Shown: in pieces, positions 18,301 to 27,373 of the stretch
Numbering within the stretch: the stretch's first letter is position 1
How the letters are laid out: each line of letters starts with the position of its first letter
Source of the DNA: Bacteroidota bacterium
Lineage (GTDB): Bacteria; Bacteroidota; Ignavibacteria; Palsa-1295
DNA: 64,000 nucleotides
NCBI GenBank assembly: GCA_021324735.1
Contig: JAJPIO010000011.1
Span: forward strand, 22,612 to 86,611
Direction: 5' to 3'
Made by a program: the position numbers and the translations under genes
Notes under the pieces: generated by a model
The model's database searches: none
The model's input: only the letters and a program-made list of their open reading frames with translations
Told to the model about the DNA's origin: nothing

Positions 18301-19614
18301 AACCGCCGGAGCACACAGGGGGAATGGCGTTGTGAGCACCGCCGAAAACGTATCTGTTGCAATATTGCCTAACGGAACGATCGAATCACCTACGAGCGAC
18401 GGATTGGTTGCGCAATTACAACCAAAGACGTGCACCATCGTATCGATACGGAAGCAACCGGCTGTCCTAAAGTTGATCGTATCAGGCCAGATATGGATGT
18501 CCGGCGAGGTCGGACGGGTTGCGGTATAGACGATCTTGTACTGAAAGCTCCATACTTTCGTCGGCGATACATAGAATCTGGTATCGACATTCGGGAATGG
18601 CGATGACGTCTTCGAACCGAGCGGCGCCCAGTTCTTTCCATCATCGACCGAAAACCACATTCCGCCGCCGCCAATGGAGTCATATTCGACCGCAGCGAAC
18701 ATCGCACAGGCGTCGCCCGCCATCGATTCGGTCATGGTGTCGAGGCAGAACGCTGCCTGCGGGAAGAATCCGTATCCGTAACTATCGGACTCCTGTACGC
18801 CGCCTACGCACGGCTGAATAGTAGCGCATGTATTATTATGCGCACCAAAATAACGTGGTGTACCAGCCACAGCCATTGGCTGCCATGACTCATAATAGGT
18901 ATTGGTCCTCGTCCAGGTATTTCCACCATCGGTGGTGCGCTTCCACCAGTTAAAGGGACCAAAGCAGCCGGAGCCATCCGTAGCGACGATACCATTACTA
19001 GCATCGCTGAAGGCAAAGCCGGTATAATATTTTGCGGTATCCGCGCGAGTCCATGTCGTGCCCTGATCGGTCGACTTCATCAATCCCGAATCCTGGCTAC
19101 TGACCAGTAAGAGACCGCTCGTGGCGTTGTAGTAGATACCCCGGCAATTCGTCGGTGCACCAGTAATGAAATTCCATGTTGAGCCGGCATCAGTGGTCAA
19201 GAGGACACCGGAAGCCGGTGGTAACGTTGCACCATACACGGCCGCAAAGCCCGTATTTGCATCCACCCACGCAAAGTCCGTTACCCATCCAGAGGTCCAA
19301 CTGCTGGTATTGGTAATGGTCGAAGGGGTCCATGTCGAACCTTCGTTCTTCGTGAACTGGATATCCATACCGTCGCTCAGGTAACCGTTCTGCGGCACAC
19401 CGCTGACGCGTGGTGCACTTGCAGCATCGTTAAATTTAAGGACGCGGATGGTATCGTTAAACGTCGTCGCAAGCGGAGACCACTGAGCGCGCAGTGAACT
19501 CGAAAACGACAGAAGAAGACTAACAGCGAGTAAGAACGCAAAGCGATGGATCGTGCGAGAAGCACGATGCGAAGCAGAAGGAAGGAATACTGAGGATAGT
19601 AACTGATTTCTCAT
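15379..19614 (-). CDS. Large T9SS-secreted protein: BNR/Asp-box propeller, Cys-rich Ig-like (ASH/choice-of-anchor D-like) repeats, CTD
   Basis: Signal ending LRA-Q; STDQGTTW, TTDGGNTW, SVDDGKNW; CTD IPNPA..DLLG..GTYFARI..KFILQK; TATATTTG box at 19761-19768. Confidence 0.85.
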   Translation of the reverse strand: MRNQLLSSVFLPSASHRASRTIHRFAFLLAVSLLLSFSSSLRAQWSPLATTFNDTIRVLKFNDAASAPRVSGVPQNGYLSDGMDIQFTKNEGSTWTPSTITNTSSWTSGWVTDFAWVDANTGFAAVYGATLPPASGVLLTTDAGSTWNFITGAPTNCRGIYYNATSGLLLVSSQDSGLMKSTDQGTTWTRADTAKYYTGFAFSDASNGIVATDGSGCFGPFNWWKRTTDGGNTWTRTNTYYESWQPMAVAGTPRYFGAHNNTCATIQPCVGGVQESDSYGYGFFPQAAFCLDTMTESMAGDACAMFAAVEYDSIGGGGMWFSVDDGKNWAPLGSKTSSPFPNVDTRFYVSPTKVWSFQYKIVYTATRPTSPDIHIWPDTINFRTAGCFRIDTMVHVFGCNCATNPSLVGDSIVPLGNIATDTFSAVLTTPFPLCAPAVPSLPVSTSIDIQYRPTTPSSDAADYHFHFTRNGVPVDTIVHVTGAGVASKITAVPNKINIREPACTQLDTVLQICNQSCCENMQVDGFDVTGDQCIIQLLAPSTPFRLGPGDCADVHVYFAGTLRRTPGQAPSIGVNVRARCDTTFVGTSFSVTGVTTTTVGVTLRGFNENVKDCCSIHDSAVYFLNTTCDTIILQGIDVTGPQGSYFQIDSLGSKPPLHFPIKIGPYNLLKIPVLIPKCDPGQHNATFTFHFNVGTTGTQCASVEHFDTSISVSFNVQNAITYEGAVSPSKIEFGGVSCCDSSQTRTLKISPVCVPLTLTKIQLTGASNFQMVSGPTLPFSLKPGHDTAITIRYIPCSCTGSDQDNTGSIVLTYAEDTKGPQIIGMHAHCITGVVASIGGPDTLALGTIRYCDSNCIRGTILNTSCTPGLIRLLTGPTHAAFRVTLDNDTIRAKDSLHFTVCLKPQSLSDTTVNGASDTDQITFGVTSTGGQEAPSTSFTVIGKILPPSIVSNVLPTALAANPCGDTDLTFTVANGGDCLPFIIQTFAAGSGVSLASPTLPVTINTGSNQVFTVHFTGTVGQTLSGTITLTDISGRTITEPYSVTFRDCSTHQVTTFTLGPQPLDSNYSTPRCVILKKTYTITANNGTVIVNNVSLAGGSKFSLSGFTGPVTLTSGQSIQITLQYNPDATGSDNDILTINTDHGTVTLHLIGVTTGSQYNIHLGLALDASSNAMPIRVDGVQQAVFKIINVEPIPAGTGATDLTIQLQYPTGILTRNKPIQSVATAADQSTSATGPMVIKITGIPNTGLPANSDLATVTMVPSISNTDQGTVSIGQSAFNQSDPNFGRCSMSAQSAGDVVPVRLNLTCSDSIMMIALQGKLQPMQGIEVIPNPAHKGSSAATLKFTTNLEANVSVDVVDLLGASVSQIANGPMEKGEHTLSIPTQNMSEGTYFARITMNGYTVIRKFILQKD

Positions 19615-20020
19615 AAGGGGACCAGACAAAATTGCTGGAGAAAATGAACACGAATCTCTAATGCTTAGCCGCGGTAAGACAGAACGGAATCCGACCACGT
19701 GCGGCTTAACAAAAAAGCAACATGAAACAGATGAGATAAATCTCACCCGTTAAATCGCTACAAATATACGATTTAGGCCGCTCGGTGACCCATTAACGCG
19801 TTTTTTGGAAGATTTACGACACATGGGAATGCCTCCTTTATAAGCTATGGCCAGGCTGCATCAATGACACAAAAGGCTACATGCCTAAAAAACGCACAGT
19901 CCGGCTGAAGCGGCAGTAACCCTCATAATGGAGGACACACAAAAGAGAAATAGGTAACCGGGTTATGACCAATTTGGCCAGGCGTTTTTTAGCAATTTTT
20001 ACCGAAAACCCGATCAGCGA

Positions 20021-21964
20021 TCAGCTTACCGGCTGAGGTTGCGGTTTTTTTGCGCGGACGAGCTCTTTTACCTTTTCACGGATCCCCTCCCGATTCAGCC
20101 CGCACTCGGCCAGAAGCGAAGCTGGCGCACCATGTTCGATAAAACGGTCAGGAAGGCCTAAAACGAGCGGATGCGGAATGGAGGACGTGGGATGCTCCGC
20201 CTGATAACTGGCAAGATATTCGGCCACAGCAGATCCAAAACCACCTTGGACCACATTCTCCTCCAGCGTGACGATATACTTAAAGCGAGCTGCCAAACCC
20301 TGTAACAGCGCTGTATCCAGTGGCTTAACGAACCTGGCGTTTGCAACGGCTACCGAAATACCTTCGCGTTCGAGATCGCCGGCGGCCGTTAGGGCATCAT
20401 AAAGCAACGGCCCCGCTCCGACAATAACGACGTCCTTGCCGTCGCGAAGCATCTCTCCTTGTCCGATCGGGATCGAGCGAAAGCCTTCATCCGCAAGTGG
20501 GACGCCGATCCCGGTACCACGAGGATAACGGATCGCGATGGGACCCGAGACTTGAGATGTAGCGGTGTAAAGCATATCTCTCAACTCCTGCTCGTCCTTC
20601 GGGACCATAATGGTCATGTTCGGAATAAGGCGGAGATAGGAAAGATCGAATGCGCCGTGGTGGGTCGGTCCATCGGCACCGACGAGCCCGGCACGGTCCA
20701 TCGCGAAGATGACCGGCAAATTCTGCAGTGCTACATCGTGAATGATCTGATCGAACGCACGCTGACTGAACGTCGAATAGATCGCGCAGACCGGAGTGAA
20801 GCCTTCGGTCGCCATGCCGGCCGCGAACGTCACAGCGTGTTGCTCCGCAATACCGACATCGAAGAATTTTTCCGGCAATTCTTTTTGCAGGAAGTTAAGT
20901 CCGGTCCCATCCGGCATAGCGGCGGTAATACCAACCACTTTCGGATTGATCTTGCAAATCTCGACGAGTGCTTTGCCAAATACTTTCGTGTATTCCGGAG
21001 GCTGCGGAGCCGTTACCGGCTTCGCGATCGCCGCGCCGGTGATCTTATCGAACGCACCAGAAGCGGCATGATACTTTTGAACGTGCGACTCTGCCGGTGC
21101 ATAGCCTTTGCCCTTCTCCGTGATAACATGAAGAAGTAGCGGCCCTTTTTGATCCTTGAGAAAATTCAGCGTCTCGACGAGCTTGACAACATTGTGCCCG
21201 TTGATCGGGCCAAAATATTTGAAGCCCAGCGCTTCGAACATCATGCCCGGCGTCATGACGGCCTTCATGCCGTCGACAAGCTTGGAACCGGCGGAGCGGA
21301 GCCGGTCGTGACCGTCCAGTTTATCCCATACCTGATCCTTGAATTTGCGGACCGTTGGGTTCGTGATGAGCGCGTTAAAATATTCGTGCAACGCCCAGAC
21401 GTTCGGCGCGATCGACATGCGATTATCATTCAGGATGACGATCACATCTTTCTTCAACATGCCACAATTATTCAGCGCTTCATAGGCGATACCGCCGGTC
21501 ATCGAGCCATCGCCGATGACAGCAGCTACTTTGTAATCCTGGCCAGCAAAATCGCGTGCGGTGGCAATGCCGAGCGCAGCACTGATGGAGGTCGATGCAT
21601 GGCCGGCGCCAAACACATCGTACTCGCTCTCGTCACGTTTAAGGAATGGCGCAAGTCCATCCTTCTTTCGAATCGTATTGAGCTGTGCTTTGCGGCCCGT
21701 AAGAATTTTGTGCGGATAACCCTGGTGGCCGACATCCCAAACGACTTTATCCTTCGGCGTATCGAGCGCATAGTGAAGCGCCACGGTAAGTTCGACGACG
21801 CCGAGGCCAGCCCCGAAATGCCCCCCCGTCTGGGAGATCGTATCGATCAAATATTCGCGGACGTCCGCGCAAACGCCCCGGAGGTCGCTGACCGGATACT
21901 TGCGTAAATCGGCCGGAAAATCGATGTTTTTGAGGAAGGGGTAGGAGTCGAACGCTATGCTCAT
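20021..21964 (-). CDS. dxs: 1-deoxy-D-xylulose-5-phosphate synthase
   Basis: GGHFGAGLGVVELT, WDVGHQ, GHASTSISA, GDGSMTGG, DVGIAEQHAVT, DRAGLVGADGPTH. Confidence 0.98.
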   Translation of the reverse strand: MSIAFDSYPFLKNIDFPADLRKYPVSDLRGVCADVREYLIDTISQTGGHFGAGLGVVELTVALHYALDTPKDKVVWDVGHQGYPHKILTGRKAQLNTIRKKDGLAPFLKRDESEYDVFGAGHASTSISAALGIATARDFAGQDYKVAAVIGDGSMTGGIAYEALNNCGMLKKDVIVILNDNRMSIAPNVWALHEYFNALITNPTVRKFKDQVWDKLDGHDRLRSAGSKLVDGMKAVMTPGMMFEALGFKYFGPINGHNVVKLVETLNFLKDQKGPLLLHVITEKGKGYAPAESHVQKYHAASGAFDKITGAAIAKPVTAPQPPEYTKVFGKALVEICKINPKVVGITAAMPDGTGLNFLQKELPEKFFDVGIAEQHAVTFAAGMATEGFTPVCAIYSTFSQRAFDQIIHDVALQNLPVIFAMDRAGLVGADGPTHHGAFDLSYLRLIPNMTIMVPKDEQELRDMLYTATSQVSGPIAIRYPRGTGIGVPLADEGFRSIPIGQGEMLRDGKDVVIVGAGPLLYDALTAAGDLEREGISVAVANARFVKPLDTALLQGLAARFKYIVTLEENVVQGGFGSAVAEYLASYQAEHPTSSIPHPLVLGLPDRFIEHGAPASLLAECGLNREGIREKVKELVRAKKPQPQPVS

Positions 21965-22073
21965 TTGGTATCGGTAACGAGTAAGCGTAACGAGGCTTTG
22001 GCCGGATTAGTGGCCTGTTGAACAGGGGATTTTTTGAGGCCTGAAGATGTGTGAAAACCGGCCCCCTGAACGG

Positions 22074-22340
22074 CTAGAACAGGTCCTCGTTCTCGAAAAT
22101 ATCGTTACCCTGGACCTTCTCGCCTGCTGTCTCTTCGTGTATGGCAGCAAGCTTCTCGACCTTCAGTTCGGCTTCGGCCAGCACCTCTCGCAGCTTTGCA
22201 GAGAGCGCCATAGCCTCCTCGTAGAGCGACAGCATCTCGCTGAGCGGCACATTGCCCTGTTCCAGCTTATCGACGATAGCCGTCATGCGCTCGAAATCGG
22301 CTTCGAAGGTTTGGATGGGCTTGGATTCTTTCTTGGCCAT
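22074..22340 (-). CDS. xseB: Exodeoxyribonuclease VII small subunit
   Basis: TFE....M.AIV.KLE.G.VPL....LYEE.M.L...L..AELKV; located between xseA and dxs. Confidence 0.93.
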   Translation of the reverse strand: MAKKESKPIQTFEADFERMTAIVDKLEQGNVPLSEMLSLYEEAMALSAKLREVLAEAELKVEKLAAIHEETAGEKVQGNDIFENEDLF

Positions 22341-22387
22341 AATAAAAAGGCGAACAATTCTGTCGAATTAATAGCTCTCGACGCCGA

Positions 22388-23734
22388 TCAATCAAACCTC
22401 ACCGTGATCCTGCCATCCGCAAAAACAAGGATGCCATTCTTCTCACCGGCCGAGAGAAGTTTTTCGAGACGTGGTATAATCTCGCCATCGGCTGACTCGA
22501 GCGCAGTAAAGCCACGGTCGAGCACGCGATCAGGATTCATCGCCGAAAGTTTTGCGGTATCGCGTTCGAGCTGAAGACGAAATCGCTCGACGCCATGACG
22601 CATTGCGCGGCTTACTTGTGAAGTCATTCTATCGACATCATTCTTTCGATCCCCGATCGTCGCCTTCATGGAAGCCAGCAGCGTTGCAGGATCAGAAAGA
22701 GTCTCCACTTCCTGCCTCCGCATCGCAAGTTCGTGCGAGACCGTCCGCATGATCGCACTGGTCGAACCATCGATAATATTTTCCAACTCGCGGCGATGCG
22801 GTGTAGCAAGTTCGGCGGCTGCGGTCGGCGTCGGTGCACGAAGGTCGGCTACAAAATCCGCGATCGTCAGATCGACCTCGTGCCCAACCGCACTTATGAC
22901 CGGAATCTTCGAAGCGAAGATCGCTCGGGCTACGGCCTCTTCGTTAAAGCACCATAGGTCTTCGAGCGAACCACCGCCGCGCCCGACGATCAGCACATCA
23001 GGCCGAGGATAATTACGAGTGGAGAATGACGAATTATGAGTTTGCGCCTCATTCGTCATTCGTAATTCGTCATTCGTAACTCCCCGTTCGTCATTCGGAA
23101 TTAAGTTAAATTCCTGTATCGCTCTTGCAATCTCTAACTCCGCACCCACGCCCTGCACAGCAGCCGGACGTAGAATTACATTCACCACCGGATACCGCCG
23201 GCGAAGGCAGGTCAGGATATCATGCAGCGCAGCGCCATTCTCGCTCGTGACGATACCGATCGTTCGCGGAAATCGTGGAATCGGACGCTTGCGGCTCTCC
23301 TCAAATAACCCTTCCGCCGAAAGCTTTGCGTACAGTTCTTCATAGGCCCGCTGAAGCTCACCAATACCCGAGGGCCGCACCTGGAAAACGTCGAGTTGGT
23401 AATTGCCACGCGGCGGGTAGACCGTCAGCCGGCCGCGGCAAACCACCTTCATCCCATCCTTAAGTTGGAAATTGAGCGGACGGCTTTTCCAGAAAACAGA
23501 CGATATTTGGGCTTCGGAGTCTTTGAGCGTCCAATACCGGTGGCCGGAGCGATGATCGATAAAGTTGGAGATCTCGCCTTCCACAACCACATCTGTAAAT
23601 GAACCCTCCAGCAGGCTTCGAATGGCCTTTGTAAGGCCCGTGACACTCAGTGTCGCTTCGGACTCCTCGCGCCCCCGCTCCGACTCGATAAATCCGGCGG
23701 AAGGCTGTTTCATCATTGGTCGCATTGTGGCCAT
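22388..23734 (-). CDS. xseA: Exodeoxyribonuclease VII large subunit
   Basis: EGEISN, SGH.YW.LKD, GRGGGSLEDLWCFNEE, SAVGHEVD, DLRAPTPTAAAE. Confidence 0.97.
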   Translation of the reverse strand: MATMRPMMKQPSAGFIESERGREESEATLSVTGLTKAIRSLLEGSFTDVVVEGEISNFIDHRSGHRYWTLKDSEAQISSVFWKSRPLNFQLKDGMKVVCRGRLTVYPPRGNYQLDVFQVRPSGIGELQRAYEELYAKLSAEGLFEESRKRPIPRFPRTIGIVTSENGAALHDILTCLRRRYPVVNVILRPAAVQGVGAELEIARAIQEFNLIPNDERGVTNDELRMTNEAQTHNSSFSTRNYPRPDVLIVGRGGGSLEDLWCFNEEAVARAIFASKIPVISAVGHEVDLTIADFVADLRAPTPTAAAELATPHRRELENIIDGSTSAIMRTVSHELAMRRQEVETLSDPATLLASMKATIGDRKNDVDRMTSQVSRAMRHGVERFRLQLERDTAKLSAMNPDRVLDRGFTALESADGEIIPRLEKLLSAGEKNGILVFADGRITVRFD

Positions 23735-23740
23735 GTAAGG

Positions 23741-23850
23741 AGGAAATCAGCGCCCGGTAAGGGTAAGTTCGCGCCAATGGTGAATTTCTCGAAAAATCAG
23801 CAATGATCTCTCGGGAAATCAGTGTAATCTCTCAAGAAATCAGCGATTTT
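23741..23850. repeat. Direct repeats with ~21-bp period (core AAATCAG) in a divergent promoter region
   Basis: TCTCGAAAAATCAGCAATGA / TCTCGGGAAATCAGTGTAA / TCTCAAGAAATCAGCGAT, plus AGGAAATCAG at 23741. Confidence 0.7.
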
Positions 23851-23880
23851 GAAAAATGGAAGATGGCTACGTTACCTTTG
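23848..23880 (+). promoter_or_regulatory. Bacteroidota-type promoter (-33 TTTG, -7 TAnnTTTG)
   Basis: TTTG 23848-23851, 21-bp spacer, TACCTTTG 23873-23880, upstream of the IgGFc gene trio. Confidence 0.65.
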
Positions 23881-23969
23881 ACCCCTATTTTTGTCATCTT
23901 TTAGTACATTCCGTTCAACTTTTATTGTAACCGGCGCAAGAATTCCCGTTCTTGCTCGATGGGGGTTGT

Positions 23970-26900
23970 ATGCATATTAAACACATTGTAGCATTCTTAG
24001 CGGTCCTCTTTGCTGCCACCGTAGTCGAGTCTCAAACGATCACAGGCAAGATCAGTACGACCATGTCGAAGCAAATACACGACCCATCTTATTCGATGGG
24101 TCGGGATTACTGGTTTGCACTCATTCAAAATGGTTTTGATCAACCGGGCAAGTATTATCGGGTCTACATCACCTCACAGCATAATACAACGGCCTACGTC
24201 CAGCTCTCAAGTGGAATCGTAACAACCGTGCCTGTAGGAGCCTACAAAATAGGAGCCGTCAATGTACCTCTTGGCTGGGAAATGAAGTCCAGCAGTATTA
24301 TTGAACAGAAGGCGATTCACGTATGGTCGAATGACGCGGATCTTCAGTGCTGTGTAATGTCGCATAGTCCATACACTTCGGACGGCTTTAATTGCATTCC
24401 GACCATAGGCTGGGGCACCGATTATGTTGTGGCCGGATACAACGCGCTATACTATAACTATCTTAACTATACCTACGATTACCCTTCCGAGTTTACCATC
24501 GTTGCTGACCAGGACAACACCACTATCACGATCACTCCTTCTTGCGATCTTCGGCATTCATCTGTGTATCCGGCCAATAACACCATCGTTGGCTATCCTA
24601 AAGGTGTACCGTTTACTATCAAACTCGATCGTCGGCAATCCGTCCAATTCCAGTCGCTCAAGGCCGATACTACATTTGGTTTTGACGTCACTGGTACCAT
24701 CATTCATTCGAATATGCCTGTAGGGGTCGTGGCAGGCTCTTCATGCGCAGAGATACCGGACGGTTATTCCTACTGCGATCACGTCTGCGAAATGATCCAT
24801 CCGGTGCGCTCGTGGGGGCAAACCTATTACACAACCAGCTTTGGGCAGCCCAGTAGCGCTCCGTCACACGATTTTGCAATGTATCTCCTTGTCTCATCAA
24901 AAGCGAACCAGACGATCTACCGGCAGGACGCTGTTATGGGCGTCCATACGGAATGCACGATCGCAAGGAAGTATGGTACATTTTGGGCTGAAGAACAACT
25001 ATCTAATAAGTGGTTCAGCGATGCTCCATTCCTACTTATGGAATACAGCAACAGCGCCACCTATCCTGACGACTCAACCGCCAAGGGCGACCCATCCGAA
25101 GTAAGAATAACGCCTCGCGAGAATTTCACGAGAACGGTCGTCCTTCAAACGCCGGTGAATGTTGGCTCGCAACCCGCGTATGATAATTATGCGAACGTCA
25201 TTGTGCGTACCAATGACGAGCGTAATACAATATTTGATGGTGCTCGTATTCAAATGTATACTCGCCAACCGATCGATGATACGTTCGAAGCGTTCGTGGT
25301 CCCTCACATCCAACCGGGCGCGCACGTTATAACCGGAGATACGCTTGGCGTGGGAGTGTATGTGTATGGTTACGGCTATAATGAGACCTTCGCATGGGGC
25401 ACGCCTGGATTTTTAGGCACTTACCGTTCACCAGATACGATACCTCCGCAAGCGGTCGTAGTAGGTTCATGCACTGAGGGTAGAATCCATATTGCAGATT
25501 CCGGAAATATGAACGGCATCGCTCAATCGCAGCTTGCCTATATCCGACTCGATACCGATTACAACATGGCGTATCTGCCAAACCCTTATCCAAACTGGAT
25601 CGATGGAGCCGGATTGGATACGTCCGGATATAGCTACTATGTCGTAGATCCGACGAAGCCCGCTATTCTTGGTGTCTCCGTCTTCGATATGGCCGGAAAT
25701 CGGACAACGATCACCAGCAGCTATGCGACCCAGCTTGCGGAAGCACGCCCGCCCCTTCTCGATATTGGCGTCACGACCGGACCGCGCATTTATGGTTATG
25801 ACACGCTGGTCAATACGGGTACTGTCCCGTTCGCTTTTACGACCTTAAAGCTACTTTACGGGAATGTTGGCTTCCGGATCGATAGCTTTAACACCGCACC
25901 GCTTGCGGTTGGTGAACGCCGCTTGATCAAGATATCCTTCGGACCCATTTCTACTCACAACACCGTCGATACGCTTCTCTTTGGTGACGATTGCGGTCCG
26001 TTAAGCCGGGTTGCTTTATTAGGTAATGGTGGCGCTCCCGATTTTTGGGTAGCCGATGCCGTGTGGCATAATGTGCCATACGGTCCGCCGGCGTTGAATG
26101 ATTGGATAGAAAAAGCTGCTGCGATTCACAATGCATCCAGGACCGATATCCTTCACATTAACCGACCGGCATGGGATGATACGGTGCACTTTGTTCTGAT
26201 CCCTGGCCAAATATTTCCGCGCACTATACCCCCACAAGGGGTCGACAGCGTGCAATTTTGGTACGCTCCAACGGATTTGAATGGCAACACTGCTATCGCA
26301 TCGTGGACATCCGAAGAGGTATTCGACCAGAATGGCTCGGTAAGCATTCGACAAAATAAACTGATCGGTAACGCAATTGCTTCTGAGATTCACTTTGGCG
26401 GTAGTATCGATACGACGCTTAACTGCTCGCATGATTCCTTAATAACATTAGCATTCGTTATTTCGAATGGCGGTCAATTATCAACCCTTTTGCGACGCGT
26501 AATTCTTACCAACACTGCCGATCTTATTCGCATAATTGGGCATGACATGCATGGCAGCACTTGGGATCCGACCAGCCAACAGCAAGTCCTTTTCCCTGGT
26601 GACTTTGATACTATCTTTATCTACGTTCCTACTCAACCAAACGTCGATCGCACCATCTCGACGGCTCTGGTTGCTCTCGGCAACGGGGATACTCTTGCGG
26701 AGCCGGTTACAGCAACGGTCCACCTTGCATATCACACCGCGATGACAGTCGCACCAGTGACGTTTGGCCCTCTGCCGTATAACTCGATTGCAGACACACA
26801 GGAGTTCGTAGTAAGAAACTATGGCTCGACGCCGATCACATACGATACCATTTATATCGACCCCACAAGCTCGTCCGGCGCCGCATTTTCGATCTCGATC

Positions 26901-27317
26901 CCGGTGGATTTCCCAGTTACACTTAACAGCAATGATGTACTGCTCGGAACAATACGGTTTGATCCATCTCGATTTAATGAGTCCTTACAGACGGCGAACA
27001 TACACTTCGTTTCCGACAAGTGCAATGATACAAACGTAGTTCTGACGGCCTATCTTACTGGCGCTGGGGTTAACGAATCAGAAGCAATCGAAGATAATCT
27101 TTCAATAGATATTAATGGGCATATACTAATGTTCCACTCCTCGGACCACCAATCCGCAAAGCTCGAACTCTTTGATGTATTAGGTGATGAAGTACATCTG
27201 AGTGAGATCGAAGCAAATACCCCTGTCGATGTTTCATCGCTTATTAGCGGTGTTTACTTCTATCGACTGGATATCGGAGGCCACTCTAAAACAGGAAAGC
27301 TCCTTATTAGGAAGTAA
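23970..27317 (+). CDS. IgGFc-binding-domain protein with Ig-like repeats and T9SS CTD (paralog 1)
   Basis: GRDYWF, WGTDYVV, DHVCEMIHP..SWG, GVYVYGY; CTD FDVLG..SGVYFY..TGKLLI. Confidence 0.85.
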   Translation: MHIKHIVAFLAVLFAATVVESQTITGKISTTMSKQIHDPSYSMGRDYWFALIQNGFDQPGKYYRVYITSQHNTTAYVQLSSGIVTTVPVGAYKIGAVNVPLGWEMKSSSIIEQKAIHVWSNDADLQCCVMSHSPYTSDGFNCIPTIGWGTDYVVAGYNALYYNYLNYTYDYPSEFTIVADQDNTTITITPSCDLRHSSVYPANNTIVGYPKGVPFTIKLDRRQSVQFQSLKADTTFGFDVTGTIIHSNMPVGVVAGSSCAEIPDGYSYCDHVCEMIHPVRSWGQTYYTTSFGQPSSAPSHDFAMYLLVSSKANQTIYRQDAVMGVHTECTIARKYGTFWAEEQLSNKWFSDAPFLLMEYSNSATYPDDSTAKGDPSEVRITPRENFTRTVVLQTPVNVGSQPAYDNYANVIVRTNDERNTIFDGARIQMYTRQPIDDTFEAFVVPHIQPGAHVITGDTLGVGVYVYGYGYNETFAWGTPGFLGTYRSPDTIPPQAVVVGSCTEGRIHIADSGNMNGIAQSQLAYIRLDTDYNMAYLPNPYPNWIDGAGLDTSGYSYYVVDPTKPAILGVSVFDMAGNRTTITSSYATQLAEARPPLLDIGVTTGPRIYGYDTLVNTGTVPFAFTTLKLLYGNVGFRIDSFNTAPLAVGERRLIKISFGPISTHNTVDTLLFGDDCGPLSRVALLGNGGAPDFWVADAVWHNVPYGPPALNDWIEKAAAIHNASRTDILHINRPAWDDTVHFVLIPGQIFPRTIPPQGVDSVQFWYAPTDLNGNTAIASWTSEEVFDQNGSVSIRQNKLIGNAIASEIHFGGSIDTTLNCSHDSLITLAFVISNGGQLSTLLRRVILTNTADLIRIIGHDMHGSTWDPTSQQQVLFPGDFDTIFIYVPTQPNVDRTISTALVALGNGDTLAEPVTATVHLAYHTAMTVAPVTFGPLPYNSIADTQEFVVRNYGSTPITYDTIYIDPTSSSGAAFSISIPVDFPVTLNSNDVLLGTIRFDPSRFNESLQTANIHFVSDKCNDTNVVLTAYLTGAGVNESEAIEDNLSIDINGHILMFHSSDHQSAKLELFDVLGDEVHLSEIEANTPVDVSSLISGVYFYRLDIGGHSKTGKLLIRK

Positions 27318-27373
27318 GGAGCTTCAAATGGCTTATGGGGAAAACCCCGGCAAACTTTCAATTCAACGCTGAT

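Noticed and set aside
23785-23850. Mini CRISPR array
   Set aside because: Period is only ~21 bp, copies are degenerate and there are no unique spacers.
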